From NCBI GenBank assembly GCA_023422775.1, contig JAFAGM010000005.1, forward strand, positions 24,310 to 88,309: DNA of 64,000 nucleotides, written 5' to 3'. Origin of the DNA: Pseudomonadota bacterium (GTDB lineage Bacteria; Pseudomonadota; Alphaproteobacteria; Rhizobiales; Xanthobacteraceae). The translations under genes and the position numbers were made by a program. Positions 28,350-38,670 of the stretch are shown piece after piece (within the stretch, counting starts at the first letter, position 1; the number at the start of each line of letters is the position of its first letter). The notes below the pieces were generated by a model that saw only the letters and a list, made by a program, of their open reading frames with translations, did no database searches and had not been told where the DNA came from.

Positions 28350-30434
28350 TCAGATTTTCTCGAGCGCTTCCAGCACGAGTGATTGCGTCAGTATCTGCGG
28401 CAACAACACAGGCTCGCTGTTACCATGGTATAGCACATACAGCGGCACGCCACTGCGGCCGAATTTCGCAAGCAGGCGCGTGATCTCCGGATTCCGGTTG
28501 GTCCAGTCGCCCTTCAGATATGTGATGCGCTTGCTGGCAAAGGCCTCGCGCACAGCACCTGTCGACAGGGCGGTCCGTTCGTTGACGAGGCAGGTAATGC
28601 ACCATGCGGCCGTCATGTTGACGAAGACCGGCTCTCCCGAGGCGAGAAGCACATTGAGCCTCTGATCGCTGAACGCCTCGGCACCGGCACTGGAGGAGAC
28701 CTCTACGTTCGCTTCGGTCGGTCCGTTCTGGCCAATGACAACGGCCAGGGCAATTGCGCCGATAACCGCCCCGGCGGCGACGCCTTGAAAGGAGCGCCCC
28801 CAAACATTGCCTGGCTCTTGTGACAGATTATAGGCCCATGCGCCGAATGCGATCAGCACGAGACCGGCCAGTGCGGCAAGCAGGCCCGTCGCGCCGACCT
28901 GGAAACTGAGAACCCAGATCAGCCAGGCCACCGTTGCGTAGAGCGGAAACGCAAGCAACTGCTTCAGTGTTTCCATCCAGCGTCCCGGCCGCGGCAGCAG
29001 CCGCTGCAAACCCGGCACGAAGGCAAGGATCAGGAACGGCAACGCCAGCCCAAGCCCGAGCGCGAGAAAAACCGCAAGCCCTACGACAAACGGCTGAGTC
29101 AACGCAAAGCCGATTGACGCGCCCATGAACGGCGCCGTGCAAGGTGTAGCCACGACGGTTGCCAGTGCGCCGGCGAGAAAGGACCCGGACAGTCCTCCCT
29201 GCTGCAGCAGACGGTTGCCGCCGACACGCGTCAGCGACGCGCCGATGGTCAGAATACCGGACAGGCTCAATCCCAGAGCGAACAGGATGAACGCCAGGCT
29301 CGCGACCATGAGCGGCGACTGCAACTGAAAGCCCCAGCCGATCTCTGCCCCGCCGGCGCGCAGCCCGTGGAGGACGCCAGCCAGTATGGTGAAGCAGGCA
29401 AGGACTCCCAGCGCATACGCCATGCCGTGCAAACGAACGCGACGTGGCGTCTCAGCCCGGTGCTCCGTGAGATGCAGGATCTTGATCGAAAGCACCGGAA
29501 AGACGCAGGGCATGAGGTTGAGGATGACGCCCGCGATCAACGCGGAGATCACGGCATAGAGGAGCGTCATGCCCTCCCCCGCCGTCGACCCGGCCGATGG
29601 CATTGCCTCGATTGCGAAAGCATGCGAGGCGACTGTTCCGCCGACATCCTCCTCCAACGCCAGAACACCATCGATGCGCTGCGGAATTGATTTCGCAATC
29701 TGGCTACGCTCGATGGAGATTTGCGTAGCCTGCCCATCCGTTCGCAAGGCCTGCTGGGCAGCGTTGTCGATCAGCGTGTTGTCATACGGAAAGAACCGCG
29801 CTGCGCGGATGGCATCGCCTTGCACGCCTTCACGCAGCAACAAGGTAATTGCCTTTGCATCGGTGCTGAATGACGCTTTCCACGGCGATGGCTGTGGCAG
29901 CCTGCTGCGCGCCGCCTCGAAGATGGCATTGGTCGGCGACGAGGCGGTCCGTCCGGACACAGGAAGCGAGAGGGAGACCGATTCCTCGCCGGGAATGCAG
30001 ATTTTTTCGCAGACGAGATAGGCGACATCGGCAACAAGACTGGCTGTCGTGCCGGACCTCACATCGCGCGGCGGCGTGATGCGTGCAAGCAGGATCGTTT
30101 CGTCCTCGTAGCCGAAACTCGCGACCGGACCGACCCGGATCAGCGACGGTGCCGGCCATTCAAGGTCGCCGGCCACGAAGCCTGGCGGCAATTTCCATGA
30201 CACCTGCGTCGGCTCGCCGGAATCTCCGGGATTTCGCCAGTACGTGTGCCAGTGCTCCTTCATCGACAGCTTGATGCCGACGGTAAAGGGCTCGCCCGGT
30301 GCAATCGATGCGGGCTCGGCAAGCAGTTCTACCTTCACCAGGCCTGCGGCGTCTTGCGCCGGCGCGGATGAGGGCGCGAAGGCGGACACGCACAGGATCA
30401 GGATCAGGGCGAGGTGAAGACGACGTAAGAGCAT
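28350..30434 (-). CDS. DsbD/ScsB-family thiol:disulfide interchange protein
   Basis: WHTYWRNPGDSG, CEKIC, LNLMPCVFP, ATPCTAP and WCITC motifs. Confidence 0.93.
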   Translation of the reverse strand: MLLRRLHLALILILCVSAFAPSSAPAQDAAGLVKVELLAEPASIAPGEPFTVGIKLSMKEHWHTYWRNPGDSGEPTQVSWKLPPGFVAGDLEWPAPSLIRVGPVASFGYEDETILLARITPPRDVRSGTTASLVADVAYLVCEKICIPGEESVSLSLPVSGRTASSPTNAIFEAARSRLPQPSPWKASFSTDAKAITLLLREGVQGDAIRAARFFPYDNTLIDNAAQQALRTDGQATQISIERSQIAKSIPQRIDGVLALEEDVGGTVASHAFAIEAMPSAGSTAGEGMTLLYAVISALIAGVILNLMPCVFPVLSIKILHLTEHRAETPRRVRLHGMAYALGVLACFTILAGVLHGLRAGGAEIGWGFQLQSPLMVASLAFILFALGLSLSGILTIGASLTRVGGNRLLQQGGLSGSFLAGALATVVATPCTAPFMGASIGFALTQPFVVGLAVFLALGLGLALPFLILAFVPGLQRLLPRPGRWMETLKQLLAFPLYATVAWLIWVLSFQVGATGLLAALAGLVLIAFGAWAYNLSQEPGNVWGRSFQGVAAGAVIGAIALAVVIGQNGPTEANVEVSSSAGAEAFSDQRLNVLLASGEPVFVNMTAAWCITCLVNERTALSTGAVREAFASKRITYLKGDWTNRNPEITRLLAKFGRSGVPLYVLYHGNSEPVLLPQILTQSLVLEALEKI

Positions 30435-30526
30435 GAGCTTCAACGTAGCACCTGCCGACGACGAACCAGTCGATGCGGCGATCTTCCACTTCACAAGCGC
30501 GTGAAAAAAGTTGGGACCATTCGTCG

Positions 30527-31006
30527 CTACGAGGCCGCCGCGCCGACAACCGGCTTCCGCGCCGGCGGAGTCCAGCGATAGGCGGCGCCGAACCTGTTCC
30601 AGACATTGATCGCGGCAATCGCGGAAGTGAGATAGGCAAGCTCCTTCTCTGAAAATTCGCGGCTCGCCTCTGCATACACTTCATCGCTGACGCCGCCGGC
30701 GATCATGGTCAGCGCTTCCGTCCATGCCAGCGCCGCCCGTTCGCGCTGCGAGAACTGCGGCGCCTCGCGCCAGACCACCACGAGGTTGATCTTGTCCGTG
30801 GGCACGCCGAGCTTTTCGCTCTCCATGATGTGATACTGCACGCAGAAGGCGCAGCCGTTGATCTGCGAAGCGCGAAGCTTGATCAGTTCAAGCATCTGCT
30901 TGTCCATGCCGGCCTGGGCTGCGACCTGGCCGAGCGCCCGCACGGCGCTGTAGGCGTCCGGTGTCAGCGACATGAAATCCTTGTACTCGCTACGAGCGTG
31001 CGTCAT
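30527..31006 (-). CDS. Carboxymuconolactone decarboxylase/AhpD family protein
   Basis: LRASQINGCAFCVQYH and INVWNR motifs. Confidence 0.92.
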   Translation of the reverse strand: MTHARSEYKDFMSLTPDAYSAVRALGQVAAQAGMDKQMLELIKLRASQINGCAFCVQYHIMESEKLGVPTDKINLVVVWREAPQFSQRERAALAWTEALTMIAGGVSDEVYAEASREFSEKELAYLTSAIAAINVWNRFGAAYRWTPPARKPVVGAAAS

Positions 31007-31138
31007 TTTCCAGCCCCTTGTTCTCGGTTCTCCCGATCATTACAGGAACCCCGCGCAACTCGTCTATGGCCGGGGCGAGCCAAGTGAAATCGCGGCAAGA
31101 TTGTCGGCAAAATTGCGGTTCCCGCGGCGTCATGGCTT

Positions 31139-31167
31139 TTGGCGCTGGCCCGCTGGACGGCTAGAAT
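31139..31167 (+). promoter_or_regulatory. Sigma70-type promoter giving a probable leaderless mRNA
   Basis: TTGGCG-N17-TAGAAT with ATG 6 nt downstream and no SD sequence. Confidence 0.55.
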
Positions 31168-31173
31168 GCCGGC

Positions 31174-32406
31174 ATGAAACAGCCCGATTCCAGGATTGCC
31201 CCGACCCGCCGCGCGCTGCTGCAGGCCAGCATCGGCGCCGGCGCCCTGCTCGCCACGCCCCTCTCGGCGTTTGCCGCCCCTCCCGGCTTCGACCAGTGGC
31301 GCGACCATTTTCGCGCGCGCGCGCTCGCCAAGGGCATTTCGGAGGCGACCTGGGCGCGGGTGATGGGCCGCATCGAGCCCGACATGAGCGTGTTCCGGAA
31401 GATGCAGAAGCAGCCGGAATTTCACGAACAGGTCTGGCAGTACATCAATCGCCGCGTCTCGGACTGGCGCATCATCAACGGCCGCGAGGCCCTGAAGAAG
31501 AACGAGGCGCTGTTCGCCCGGATCGAGCGGGATTTCGGCGTCGAGCGGGGCACGCTGCTGGCGCTGTGGGGCGTCGAGTCCGCCTATGGCGATCCGCTGG
31601 TGCAGCAGAATCACATGCGTCCGGTTTTTCCGGCGCTCGCCGCACTCGCCTGGAACGAGCCGCGCCGCCGCACCTATTGGGAAACCGAACTCATCAATGC
31701 GCTCAAGATCGTCGACCGGGGCTGGAGCACGCCGGAAGAAATGCGCGGCTCCTGGGCCGGTGCGATGGGGCATACGCAGTGGATGCCCGAAGTCTGGCTC
31801 AACGTCGGCATGGATTACGACAAGGATGGCCGCGTCTCGCCGTTCGGCAGGCCCGACGACGCGCTCGGCTCCAGCGCGCGCTATCTGCTCAACCGCGGCA
31901 AGTACCATCGTGGCGAACACTGGGGCTATGAGGTCAACGCGTCAGGCGCGGCCACGGGCGGCAGCCGGACCTATGCGGCGTGGACAAGCGCCGGCGTGAC
32001 CCGCGCCGACGGCAAGCCGTTTCCGCAGCCGAATGCGTCGTCGCAAATGTGGGTGCCGGTCGCCGGCGGCCCGGCGTTCCTGCTGGGGCCGAACTTCTAT
32101 TCGGTGAAGAGCTACAATCCGTCGATGAACTACGCGCTGGCGATCTGCCATCTCGGCGACCGCATTCTTGGCGGGCCGCCGTTCATCCGCCCCTTCCCCG
32201 GCTCCGAGCGCGCGCTGACGCTCGCCGAAGTGCAGGAGGTGCAGACGCGGCTGACCAAGGCCGGCTTCGACACCGGCGGCACCGACGGCCGCGTCGGCAA
32301 CGACACCATGAAGGCGGTGAAGGATTACCAGACCAGGATGGGGCTGTTGCCCGCCGATGGTTACGGCGGGCTGAAGGTGCTGGCGCGGTTGAGGCAGGGC
32401 GGGTAG
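31174..32406 (+). CDS. Lytic murein transglycosylase (MltB/SLT_2 family) with C-terminal peptidoglycan-binding domain
   Basis: Tat-like TRRALL, WGVESAYG, GSWAGAMGHTQWMP, SYNPSMNYA and DGRVG motifs. Confidence 0.93.
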   Translation: MKQPDSRIAPTRRALLQASIGAGALLATPLSAFAAPPGFDQWRDHFRARALAKGISEATWARVMGRIEPDMSVFRKMQKQPEFHEQVWQYINRRVSDWRIINGREALKKNEALFARIERDFGVERGTLLALWGVESAYGDPLVQQNHMRPVFPALAALAWNEPRRRTYWETELINALKIVDRGWSTPEEMRGSWAGAMGHTQWMPEVWLNVGMDYDKDGRVSPFGRPDDALGSSARYLLNRGKYHRGEHWGYEVNASGAATGGSRTYAAWTSAGVTRADGKPFPQPNASSQMWVPVAGGPAFLLGPNFYSVKSYNPSMNYALAICHLGDRILGGPPFIRPFPGSERALTLAEVQEVQTRLTKAGFDTGGTDGRVGNDTMKAVKDYQTRMGLLPADGYGGLKVLARLRQGG

Positions 32407-32417
32407 TTCGCCACTGC

Positions 32418-32534
32418 CGTCATTGCGAGCGAAGCGAAGCAATCCATGGCGCGGCATAACGGATGGTTGGATTGCTTCATAGTTTCATCCAATGCGCGTC
32501 GGCCCCTTACGGCCGGTCGGAACTCGCAATGACG
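32418..32534. repeat. Intergenic palindromic (REP/RIME-like) element
   Basis: Terminal inverted repeats CGTCATTGCGAG...CTCGCAATGACG with internal GAAGCAATCCA/TGGATTGCTTC. Confidence 0.8.
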
Positions 32535-32544
32535 CGAAAACGTC

Positions 32545-33354
32545 TTACCCAGGCCGCACCACTCCGCCCGCATTCATGCCGCCATCGATGATGAGCTCGG
32601 TCCCCGTCACATAACGCGACGCGTCGGACGCCAGATACAGCACGCCCTGCGCGATCTCCTCCGCATGCCCCGCACGGCCGAGCGGCGTCGCCAATTTGGC
32701 GCGCTCCTCGGGATCGATCGGCGCGTTTTGTCCGGCCCCCGTCGCTCCCGTCGGGATCTTGCCCCAGATCGGCGTGTCGATGATGCCCGGATGCACCGAG
32801 TTGACGCGGATGCCGTCGCCGAAGGTGGCGCATTCCATCGCAATCGCTTTGGCAAACAGCCGCACGCCGCCCTTGGTCGCGCAATAGCCGGACAGGCTGG
32901 CTGAACCGCGCAGGCCCGCCAGCGACGACATCATGATGACGGAGCCGCCGCCGGTCTTGCGCATCGCCGGCAGGCCATGCTTCACCGACAAAAACACGCC
33001 GTCGAGATTGATCGCGGTCTGCCGCCGCCAGTCCGCCAGCGTCATCTGGGTGATCGACGGCACGGCGATGCCGATGCCGGCGTTCGAGACCAGCACGTCG
33101 AGCTTGCCATAGCGCTTCATGATATCGGCCACGACCTCGATCCAGCGCTCCTCACTGGTGACGTCGTGATGCCAGAAGCTGGCCTCGCCGCCCGCCTTCT
33201 TGATCCGCGCGACGACTTCAGGTCCCTTCAAATCGTCGACATCGGTGACTGCGACCGAAGCGCCCTCGCGCGCCAGCAACTCGCAAATTGCCTCGCCGAT
33301 GCCGGACGCACCACCCGTCACCAACGCGACCTTGCCCTGAACCTGCCCTGTCAT
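32545..33354 (-). CDS. Short-chain dehydrogenase/reductase
   Basis: TGGASGIG, SNAG, YCATK and NSVHPG motifs. Confidence 0.95.
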   Translation of the reverse strand: MTGQVQGKVALVTGGASGIGEAICELLAREGASVAVTDVDDLKGPEVVARIKKAGGEASFWHHDVTSEERWIEVVADIMKRYGKLDVLVSNAGIGIAVPSITQMTLADWRRQTAINLDGVFLSVKHGLPAMRKTGGGSVIMMSSLAGLRGSASLSGYCATKGGVRLFAKAIAMECATFGDGIRVNSVHPGIIDTPIWGKIPTGATGAGQNAPIDPEERAKLATPLGRAGHAEEIAQGVLYLASDASRYVTGTELIIDGGMNAGGVVRPG

Positions 33355-33389
33355 TTTCTTCTCCCGTTTTGTTGTTCTTGCTTGTCGGA

Positions 33390-35231
33390 TTATCTTATCA
33401 CGGCCGGTCCCGGATCCGGTAGCGCGACGTCGACCACGCGAAGTTGCACGCGCTCCGCCCCCTGAAACCGATCGACCGCGAGCGAACCCGCGACATGCAG
33501 CCGCTGGCCGCGGTTTTGCGTCAGCGCCTCGCCAAGCTTCTGTCCGACCGAGCGGAACGCAATGCCGTTGACGATGGCACCGTCGCCGGACTTGAGCCGG
33601 ACGCGCAGATGCGCCTGGCCGACTTCATCGGCATAGACGAGCTGATGCGCCGGCAGCGCGATCACCGGCTCCGGGTTGGCGGCGCCGAACGGCCCGGCGC
33701 GGTTGAGCGTGTTGGCGAACTCCACGGTGACGCTGCGCGCGCTGACGGCGCCGTCGACGAACAATTCGTTCTCGTGGCGGGAATTGGCGACGTCCTCGGC
33801 GAGCGCGCTCTCCATGAAGGCGCGAAACTCCGCGAGCTTCTCCTTGCGCAGCGTGACGCCGGCCGCCATGGCGTGGCCGCCGCCCTTCATCAATATCCGC
33901 TCCTTCACCGCCTGCCGCACCGCCTTGCCGAGATCGACGCCCGAGATCGAGCGGCCCGAGCCGGTCCCGATGCCGCCCGGCTCCAGCGCAACGGCGAAGG
34001 CGGGGCGGGCGAATTTCTCCTTCAGCCTGGAGGCAACGAGCCCGACGATGCCGGGATGCCAGCCTTCCGCGGCAGTCACGATCACGGCGCCCTTATCTTC
34101 GAGCCCGAGCGAAGCCAGCGCCTCGGCTTCGGCCTGCGCCTCCGCTGCCTGCTCGATGACGCGGCGCTCGCTGTTGAGCCGGTCGAGCTCGGCCGCGATC
34201 CGCGCCGCTTCCGAGACGTCGCCCTCCAGCAGCAGCCGCACGCCGAGATCGGCGCGCCCGATGCGGCCGCCGGCATTGATGCGCGGCCCCAGCATGAAGC
34301 CAAGATGCCAGGCTTCAGGCGGGCCGTTCAGCCGCGAGACATCCATCAGCGCGGTGTGCCCGACATGGTCGCGGCGGCGCATCGCGATCAGGCCCTTGGC
34401 GACGAAGGCGCGGTTGAGCCCGGTCAGGGGCGCGACATCGGCCACGGTGCCGAGCGCCACATGATGCAACATGCCGAGCAGGTCCGGCTCCGGCCGTTCG
34501 GCGGTCCAGAAGCCGCGGCCACGCAACTCGCGGTTCACCGCGACCAACGTGATCAGCACCAGGCCGACGGCGGCAAGATGGCCGAGGCCGGAGAGATCGT
34601 CGGCGCGGTTCGGGTTGACCAGCGCGTCGACCTCGGGGAGTTCATCGCCGGTCTGGTGGTGGTCGATCACGACCACGGACATGCCGAGCTTGCGCGCCTC
34701 CGCCAGCGGCTCGAGGCTGGTGGTGCCGCAATCGACGGTGACGAGCAGCGTCGCGCCCCTGGCCGCGAGACCGCGCACCGCCTCGACATTGGGCCCGTAG
34801 CCTTCGAAGATGCGGTCGGGGATGTGGATCAGCGGGTCGAGCCCGCAATGGCGCAAATGCCAGGCGAGCAGTGCCGACGAGGTCGCGCCGTCGACGTCGT
34901 AATCGCCGAAGATCGCGACCTTCTCGCCGCGCGCGGCCGCATTGGCGATGCGCTTGGCCGCCGTCTCCATCTGCGTCACGGTGTGGGGATCGGGCATCAG
35001 CTTGCGGATGGTCGGATCGAGGAAATCCCCGACCTCGTCGATCCCGACGTCGCGTCCCGCCAGCACCCGCGCCAGCATCTCCGGTAACTGGTAGCGCTGC
35101 GTGATCGCCAGCGCCCGCGCCGCCCCTCGCGCATCGAGCCGGTCGCGCCACAATTTGCCGGTCGCCGAACGCGATACGCCGAGAAACGCTTGCGGCAGTT
35201 CAACGGGGAACGCGGATGCAGGAAGCGTCAT
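33390..35231 (-). CDS. recJ: Single-stranded-DNA-specific exonuclease RecJ
   Basis: GDYDVDG, TVDCG, DHH, GTVADV, PRINAGGR and GGGHAMAAG motifs. Confidence 0.97.
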   Translation of the reverse strand: MTLPASAFPVELPQAFLGVSRSATGKLWRDRLDARGAARALAITQRYQLPEMLARVLAGRDVGIDEVGDFLDPTIRKLMPDPHTVTQMETAAKRIANAAARGEKVAIFGDYDVDGATSSALLAWHLRHCGLDPLIHIPDRIFEGYGPNVEAVRGLAARGATLLVTVDCGTTSLEPLAEARKLGMSVVVIDHHQTGDELPEVDALVNPNRADDLSGLGHLAAVGLVLITLVAVNRELRGRGFWTAERPEPDLLGMLHHVALGTVADVAPLTGLNRAFVAKGLIAMRRRDHVGHTALMDVSRLNGPPEAWHLGFMLGPRINAGGRIGRADLGVRLLLEGDVSEAARIAAELDRLNSERRVIEQAAEAQAEAEALASLGLEDKGAVIVTAAEGWHPGIVGLVASRLKEKFARPAFAVALEPGGIGTGSGRSISGVDLGKAVRQAVKERILMKGGGHAMAAGVTLRKEKLAEFRAFMESALAEDVANSRHENELFVDGAVSARSVTVEFANTLNRAGPFGAANPEPVIALPAHQLVYADEVGQAHLRVRLKSGDGAIVNGIAFRSVGQKLGEALTQNRGQRLHVAGSLAVDRFQGAERVQLRVVDVALPDPGPAVIR

Positions 35232-35512
35232 GATGCCTTCGAGAAATAGTGACAAAGCCGCCGGTCGGCAAACCAGGGCGCGGTTCGCTGCGGCAAGGCC
35301 GGAACGACCCCGGCCATACCGGCGTTGACCCTATGCCGACAAAACCGACTTGCACAAAGAAGATGCAACTTGTCCCCGCAATACTCCCCGCCGGACAGGG
35401 AAATTAAACCAATCGTTAGCCATGATCCGCGACAAAGGTACCAACATGCTCTCGTTGAGTCCCGTCGATCCACAGAAGGTCGGCAATTGCACAAAGACTG
35501 AGGAATTTCCGC

Positions 35513-36604
35513 ATGTCCGCCGCGCTCGACCGATTTCGAACTGCAACGATCGCCAAACCGAGTGCAGCGAGTACCGAGGATGATACCGACGTCTCCACGC
35601 TGATCGCGAAATTGACCGCCGAGGTCAACCAGGTCGCCTGCGAGAAGACCAAGTCGATCCAGAAGATCACCAACCAGATGAAGATGCTGGCGCTGAACGC
35701 GCTGATCGAGAGTTCGCGCGCCGGCGCGCAGGGCGCGGGCTTTGCCGTGGTGGCGCAGGAAGTGCGCAACGTCGGCCAGCAGGTCGAAACCATCGCCCGC
35801 GAGCTCGAGAGCCAGCTCACCAACCGCACCGGCAACCTGATGACTTCGATCGCGCAGATGGCCGACCGCTCGCGCGGCGAACGGATGACGGACCTGTCGC
35901 TCAACGCCATCGAACTGATCGACCGCAACCTCTATGAACGGACCTGCGACGTGCGCTGGTGGGCGACCGACTCCGCCGTCGTCGATTGCGCGGCGACGCC
36001 GGATGCCGCCGCGGTAGCCCATGTGTCGGAGCGGCTCGCGGTCATCCTCGGCGCCTACACGGTCTACCTCGATCTCTGGCTCTGCGATCTCAACGGCAAC
36101 GTCGTGGCCAATGGCCGGGCGGACCGCTTCAACGTCGTCGGCCAGAATGTCGCGTCGACCAAATGGTTTCGCGCTGCCCGCGACCTGCGTTCCGGCGACG
36201 ACTACACCGCCGCCGATGTCGAATCCCAGCCATTGCTCGGCCACGCCCAGGTCGCGACCTATTGCGCCAGCGTTCGCGCCGGCGGCAAGGCGAACGGCAA
36301 GGCAACCGGCGTACTCGCCATCCATTTCGACTGGGAGCCACAGGCCCGCGCCATCGTGCAGGGCGTGCGCGTCGGCGCGGCCGACAAGGCGCGCGTGTTG
36401 CTGGTCGATTCCAATTTCCGCGTGATCGCGGCGTCCGACGGCCAGGGCCTGCTCACCGAACGCATCTCGCTGCAACTCGAAGGCAAACGCTCCGGCTTCT
36501 ATCAGGATCGCTCCGGCGTCATGACCGCGTTCCACGCCACGCCGGGTTACGAGACCTACAAGGGGCTTGGCTGGTACGGCGTGATCCAGGCGGGCGCGTC
36601 GTAA
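35513..36604 (+). CDS. Soluble chemoreceptor-like protein: short MCP signalling hairpin plus C-terminal sensory (Cache-like) domain
   Basis: LALNALIESSRAGAQGAGFAVVAQEVR tip motif near the N terminus; no TM helices. Confidence 0.85.
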   Translation: MSAALDRFRTATIAKPSAASTEDDTDVSTLIAKLTAEVNQVACEKTKSIQKITNQMKMLALNALIESSRAGAQGAGFAVVAQEVRNVGQQVETIARELESQLTNRTGNLMTSIAQMADRSRGERMTDLSLNAIELIDRNLYERTCDVRWWATDSAVVDCAATPDAAAVAHVSERLAVILGAYTVYLDLWLCDLNGNVVANGRADRFNVVGQNVASTKWFRAARDLRSGDDYTAADVESQPLLGHAQVATYCASVRAGGKANGKATGVLAIHFDWEPQARAIVQGVRVGAADKARVLLVDSNFRVIAASDGQGLLTERISLQLEGKRSGFYQDRSGVMTAFHATPGYETYKGLGWYGVIQAGAS

Positions 36605-36608
36605 CCGC

Positions 36609-36693
36609 GTAGCAGGATGGGTAGAGCGCAGCGAAACCCATCATTCGTCCGCGCTGGGATTTGATGGGTTTCGCTGCGCTCTATCCATCCTAC
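36609..36693. repeat. GTAG-type REP doublet
   Basis: AGGATGGGTAGAGCGCAGCGAAACCCATCA inverted with TGATGGGTTTCGCTGCGCTCTATCCATCCTAC, between convergent genes. Confidence 0.85.
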
Positions 36694-36697
36694 AAAT

Positions 36698-37417
36698 CTA
36701 GCACCCCAGCCCGTCAGCGATGCCGCCAAAATCCCTGGCGACGATGTCCCAATCGCCAGTGGCCTCGAAATCGTATTTCTGGTGCGGGCCGTATTCGGTC
36801 GGCCGCGCGACGAAGGCGGTCTTCAGGCCATTCTGCTGCGCGGCCTTCAGGTCGTTGTTGTGGGCGGCGACCATCATCACCTGCTCCGGCGGCAGACACA
36901 GCAGCTTCGCCGCGCCAAGATAGGTTTCGGGATCGGGCTTGTAGTGCTCGAACAATTCCGCCGACATGACCAGATCCCACGGCAGGCCGGCGAACTTGGC
37001 CATGTTGGTCAGCAGCGCGACGTTGCCGTTGGAGAGCGGCGAGATGATGTATTTCTTCTTCAGCCGCGTCAGGCCGACGACGCTGTCGGGCCACGGGTGC
37101 AGGCGGTGCCAGCCCAGCGTGAGATAGTGCAGATCGGCTTCGCTCAGCCCCTTGATTCCGAAATCGGCGACAAGTTTTTCCAGCGAGCGCCGGTGCAGCG
37201 TATCCAGGATCTGATAGCCGCGCTCGGGATGCTTGCGCACCTCGTCCATCGAGGCAGCATAGACCGCGCGCCAGCCGTCGACCAGCGCGGTCCAGTCGGC
37301 CTTGATGCCCGAGGTCTCCGACCACCTGGTGAAATCGTTGATGAGGCTGGTGCGCCAGTCGACGACGGTACCGAACACGTCGAACACCAGCGCCTTTACG
37401 GCGGATAGATCGGACAT
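36698..37417 (-). CDS. Haloacid dehalogenase type II (HAD superfamily)
   Basis: FDVFGTVVDW, PLSNGN, YKPDP and VAAHNNDL motifs. Confidence 0.93.
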   Translation of the reverse strand: MSDLSAVKALVFDVFGTVVDWRTSLINDFTRWSETSGIKADWTALVDGWRAVYAASMDEVRKHPERGYQILDTLHRRSLEKLVADFGIKGLSEADLHYLTLGWHRLHPWPDSVVGLTRLKKKYIISPLSNGNVALLTNMAKFAGLPWDLVMSAELFEHYKPDPETYLGAAKLLCLPPEQVMMVAAHNNDLKAAQQNGLKTAFVARPTEYGPHQKYDFEATGDWDIVARDFGGIADGLGC

Positions 37418-37458
37418 TGCGAGCCCTCCCCTGCTTTTCTTTTTGTTGTTATTGACGC

Positions 37459-37560
37459 CGTCATTCCGGGGCGATGCGCAGCATCGAACTACGGTGCGCA
37501 ATTGCGCACCTGAGAATCTCGAGATTCCGGGTTCGTGCTTTTGCGCGCCCCGGAATGACA
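37459..37560. repeat. Palindromic repeat element, copy 1 (CGTCATTCCGGGG family)
   Basis: Terminal inverted repeat GTCATTCCGGGG/CCCCGGAATGAC; near-identical to 46960-47062 over the first ~70 nt. Confidence 0.85.
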
Positions 37561-37565
37561 GCGCG

Positions 37566-38564
37566 TTAATCCAGATGAAACTTTTCGAGCTGCCGGTGCT
37601 CGGCCTTGATGTAACGCACAGTGCCGGTGACCGAACGCATTACCACCGTTTCGGTCTCGATGACATCCTTGCGGAACTTGACGCCCGTAAGCAGTGAGCC
37701 GGTCGTGACGCCGGTGGCCGTGAACAGGCAGTCGCCCCGCACCATGTCTTCGATGCCGTAGATCATCTTCGGGTCTGTCACGCCCATCTTGTGGGCGCGC
37801 TCGCGCTTTTCCTCGCTGTCGAGGATGAGCCGGCACTGCATCTGGCCGCCGATGCAGCGCAGCGCCGCGGCCGCGAGCACGCCCTCGGGCGCGCCGCCGG
37901 TGCCGATATACATGTCGACGCCCGTATTGTCGGGGTCGGCGCAATGGATCACGCCGGCGACGTCACCGTCGGTGATCAGCCGCACCGCAGCGCCGGTCGA
38001 GCGGATGCTGGATATGATGTCGGCGTGACGCGGCCGATCGAGCACCAGTACCGTGATTGCCGATGCCTCGACGCCCTTGGCTTTCGCGAGCCTCTTCACA
38101 TTATCGGCCGGCGATGCGTCGAGTTCGACCACGCCCTTCTTGTAGCCCGGGCCTACCGCAAGCTTCTCCATGTAGACGTCGGGTGCATGCAGCAGCGTGC
38201 CGCCATCGGCCATCGCCATGGTCGCGATCGCGCCGGGCATATTCTTGGCGCACAGCGTGGTGCCTTCGAGCGGATCGACCGCGATATCGACCTGCGGTCC
38301 GGCGTTGAGTCCGACCTTCTCGCCGATGAACAGCATCGGCGCCTCGTCGCGCTCGCCCTCGCCGATCACGATGGTGCCTTCGATCGGCAGCTTGTTGAGT
38401 TCGCGGCGCATCGCATCGACGGCGGCCTGGTCGGCCGCCTTTTCCTGTCCATGGCCGCGCAACCGCGCAGCGGACACGGCCGCGCGCTCCGTGACCCGCA
38501 CGATCTCCAGCGTAAGGATGCGCTCGAGCAGCAACTGCGGCGGAACGGAAATATGGGTCGACAT
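37566..38564 (-). CDS. glpX: Fructose-1,6-bisphosphatase class II
   Basis: VIGEGERDEAPML, AVDPLEGT, DGDV and GGAPEGV motifs. Confidence 0.96.
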   Translation of the reverse strand: MSTHISVPPQLLLERILTLEIVRVTERAAVSAARLRGHGQEKAADQAAVDAMRRELNKLPIEGTIVIGEGERDEAPMLFIGEKVGLNAGPQVDIAVDPLEGTTLCAKNMPGAIATMAMADGGTLLHAPDVYMEKLAVGPGYKKGVVELDASPADNVKRLAKAKGVEASAITVLVLDRPRHADIISSIRSTGAAVRLITDGDVAGVIHCADPDNTGVDMYIGTGGAPEGVLAAAALRCIGGQMQCRLILDSEEKRERAHKMGVTDPKMIYGIEDMVRGDCLFTATGVTTGSLLTGVKFRKDVIETETVVMRSVTGTVRYIKAEHRQLEKFHLD

Positions 38565-38670
38565 CGGCTGACTCCTTCAAAAAACCTGTGCGGACCCTGG
38601 CCGGCCCGCCATCATACTTCGGTGCGCGATCCCCAAGGCTATCCCTAAGGGATATCCCGCGGATCGCACG

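Noticed and set aside
37418..37501. N-terminal extension of the HAD gene (similarly 53249-53311 for the SDR)
   Set aside because: Derived from reading through repeat elements; downstream ATGs have RBSs.
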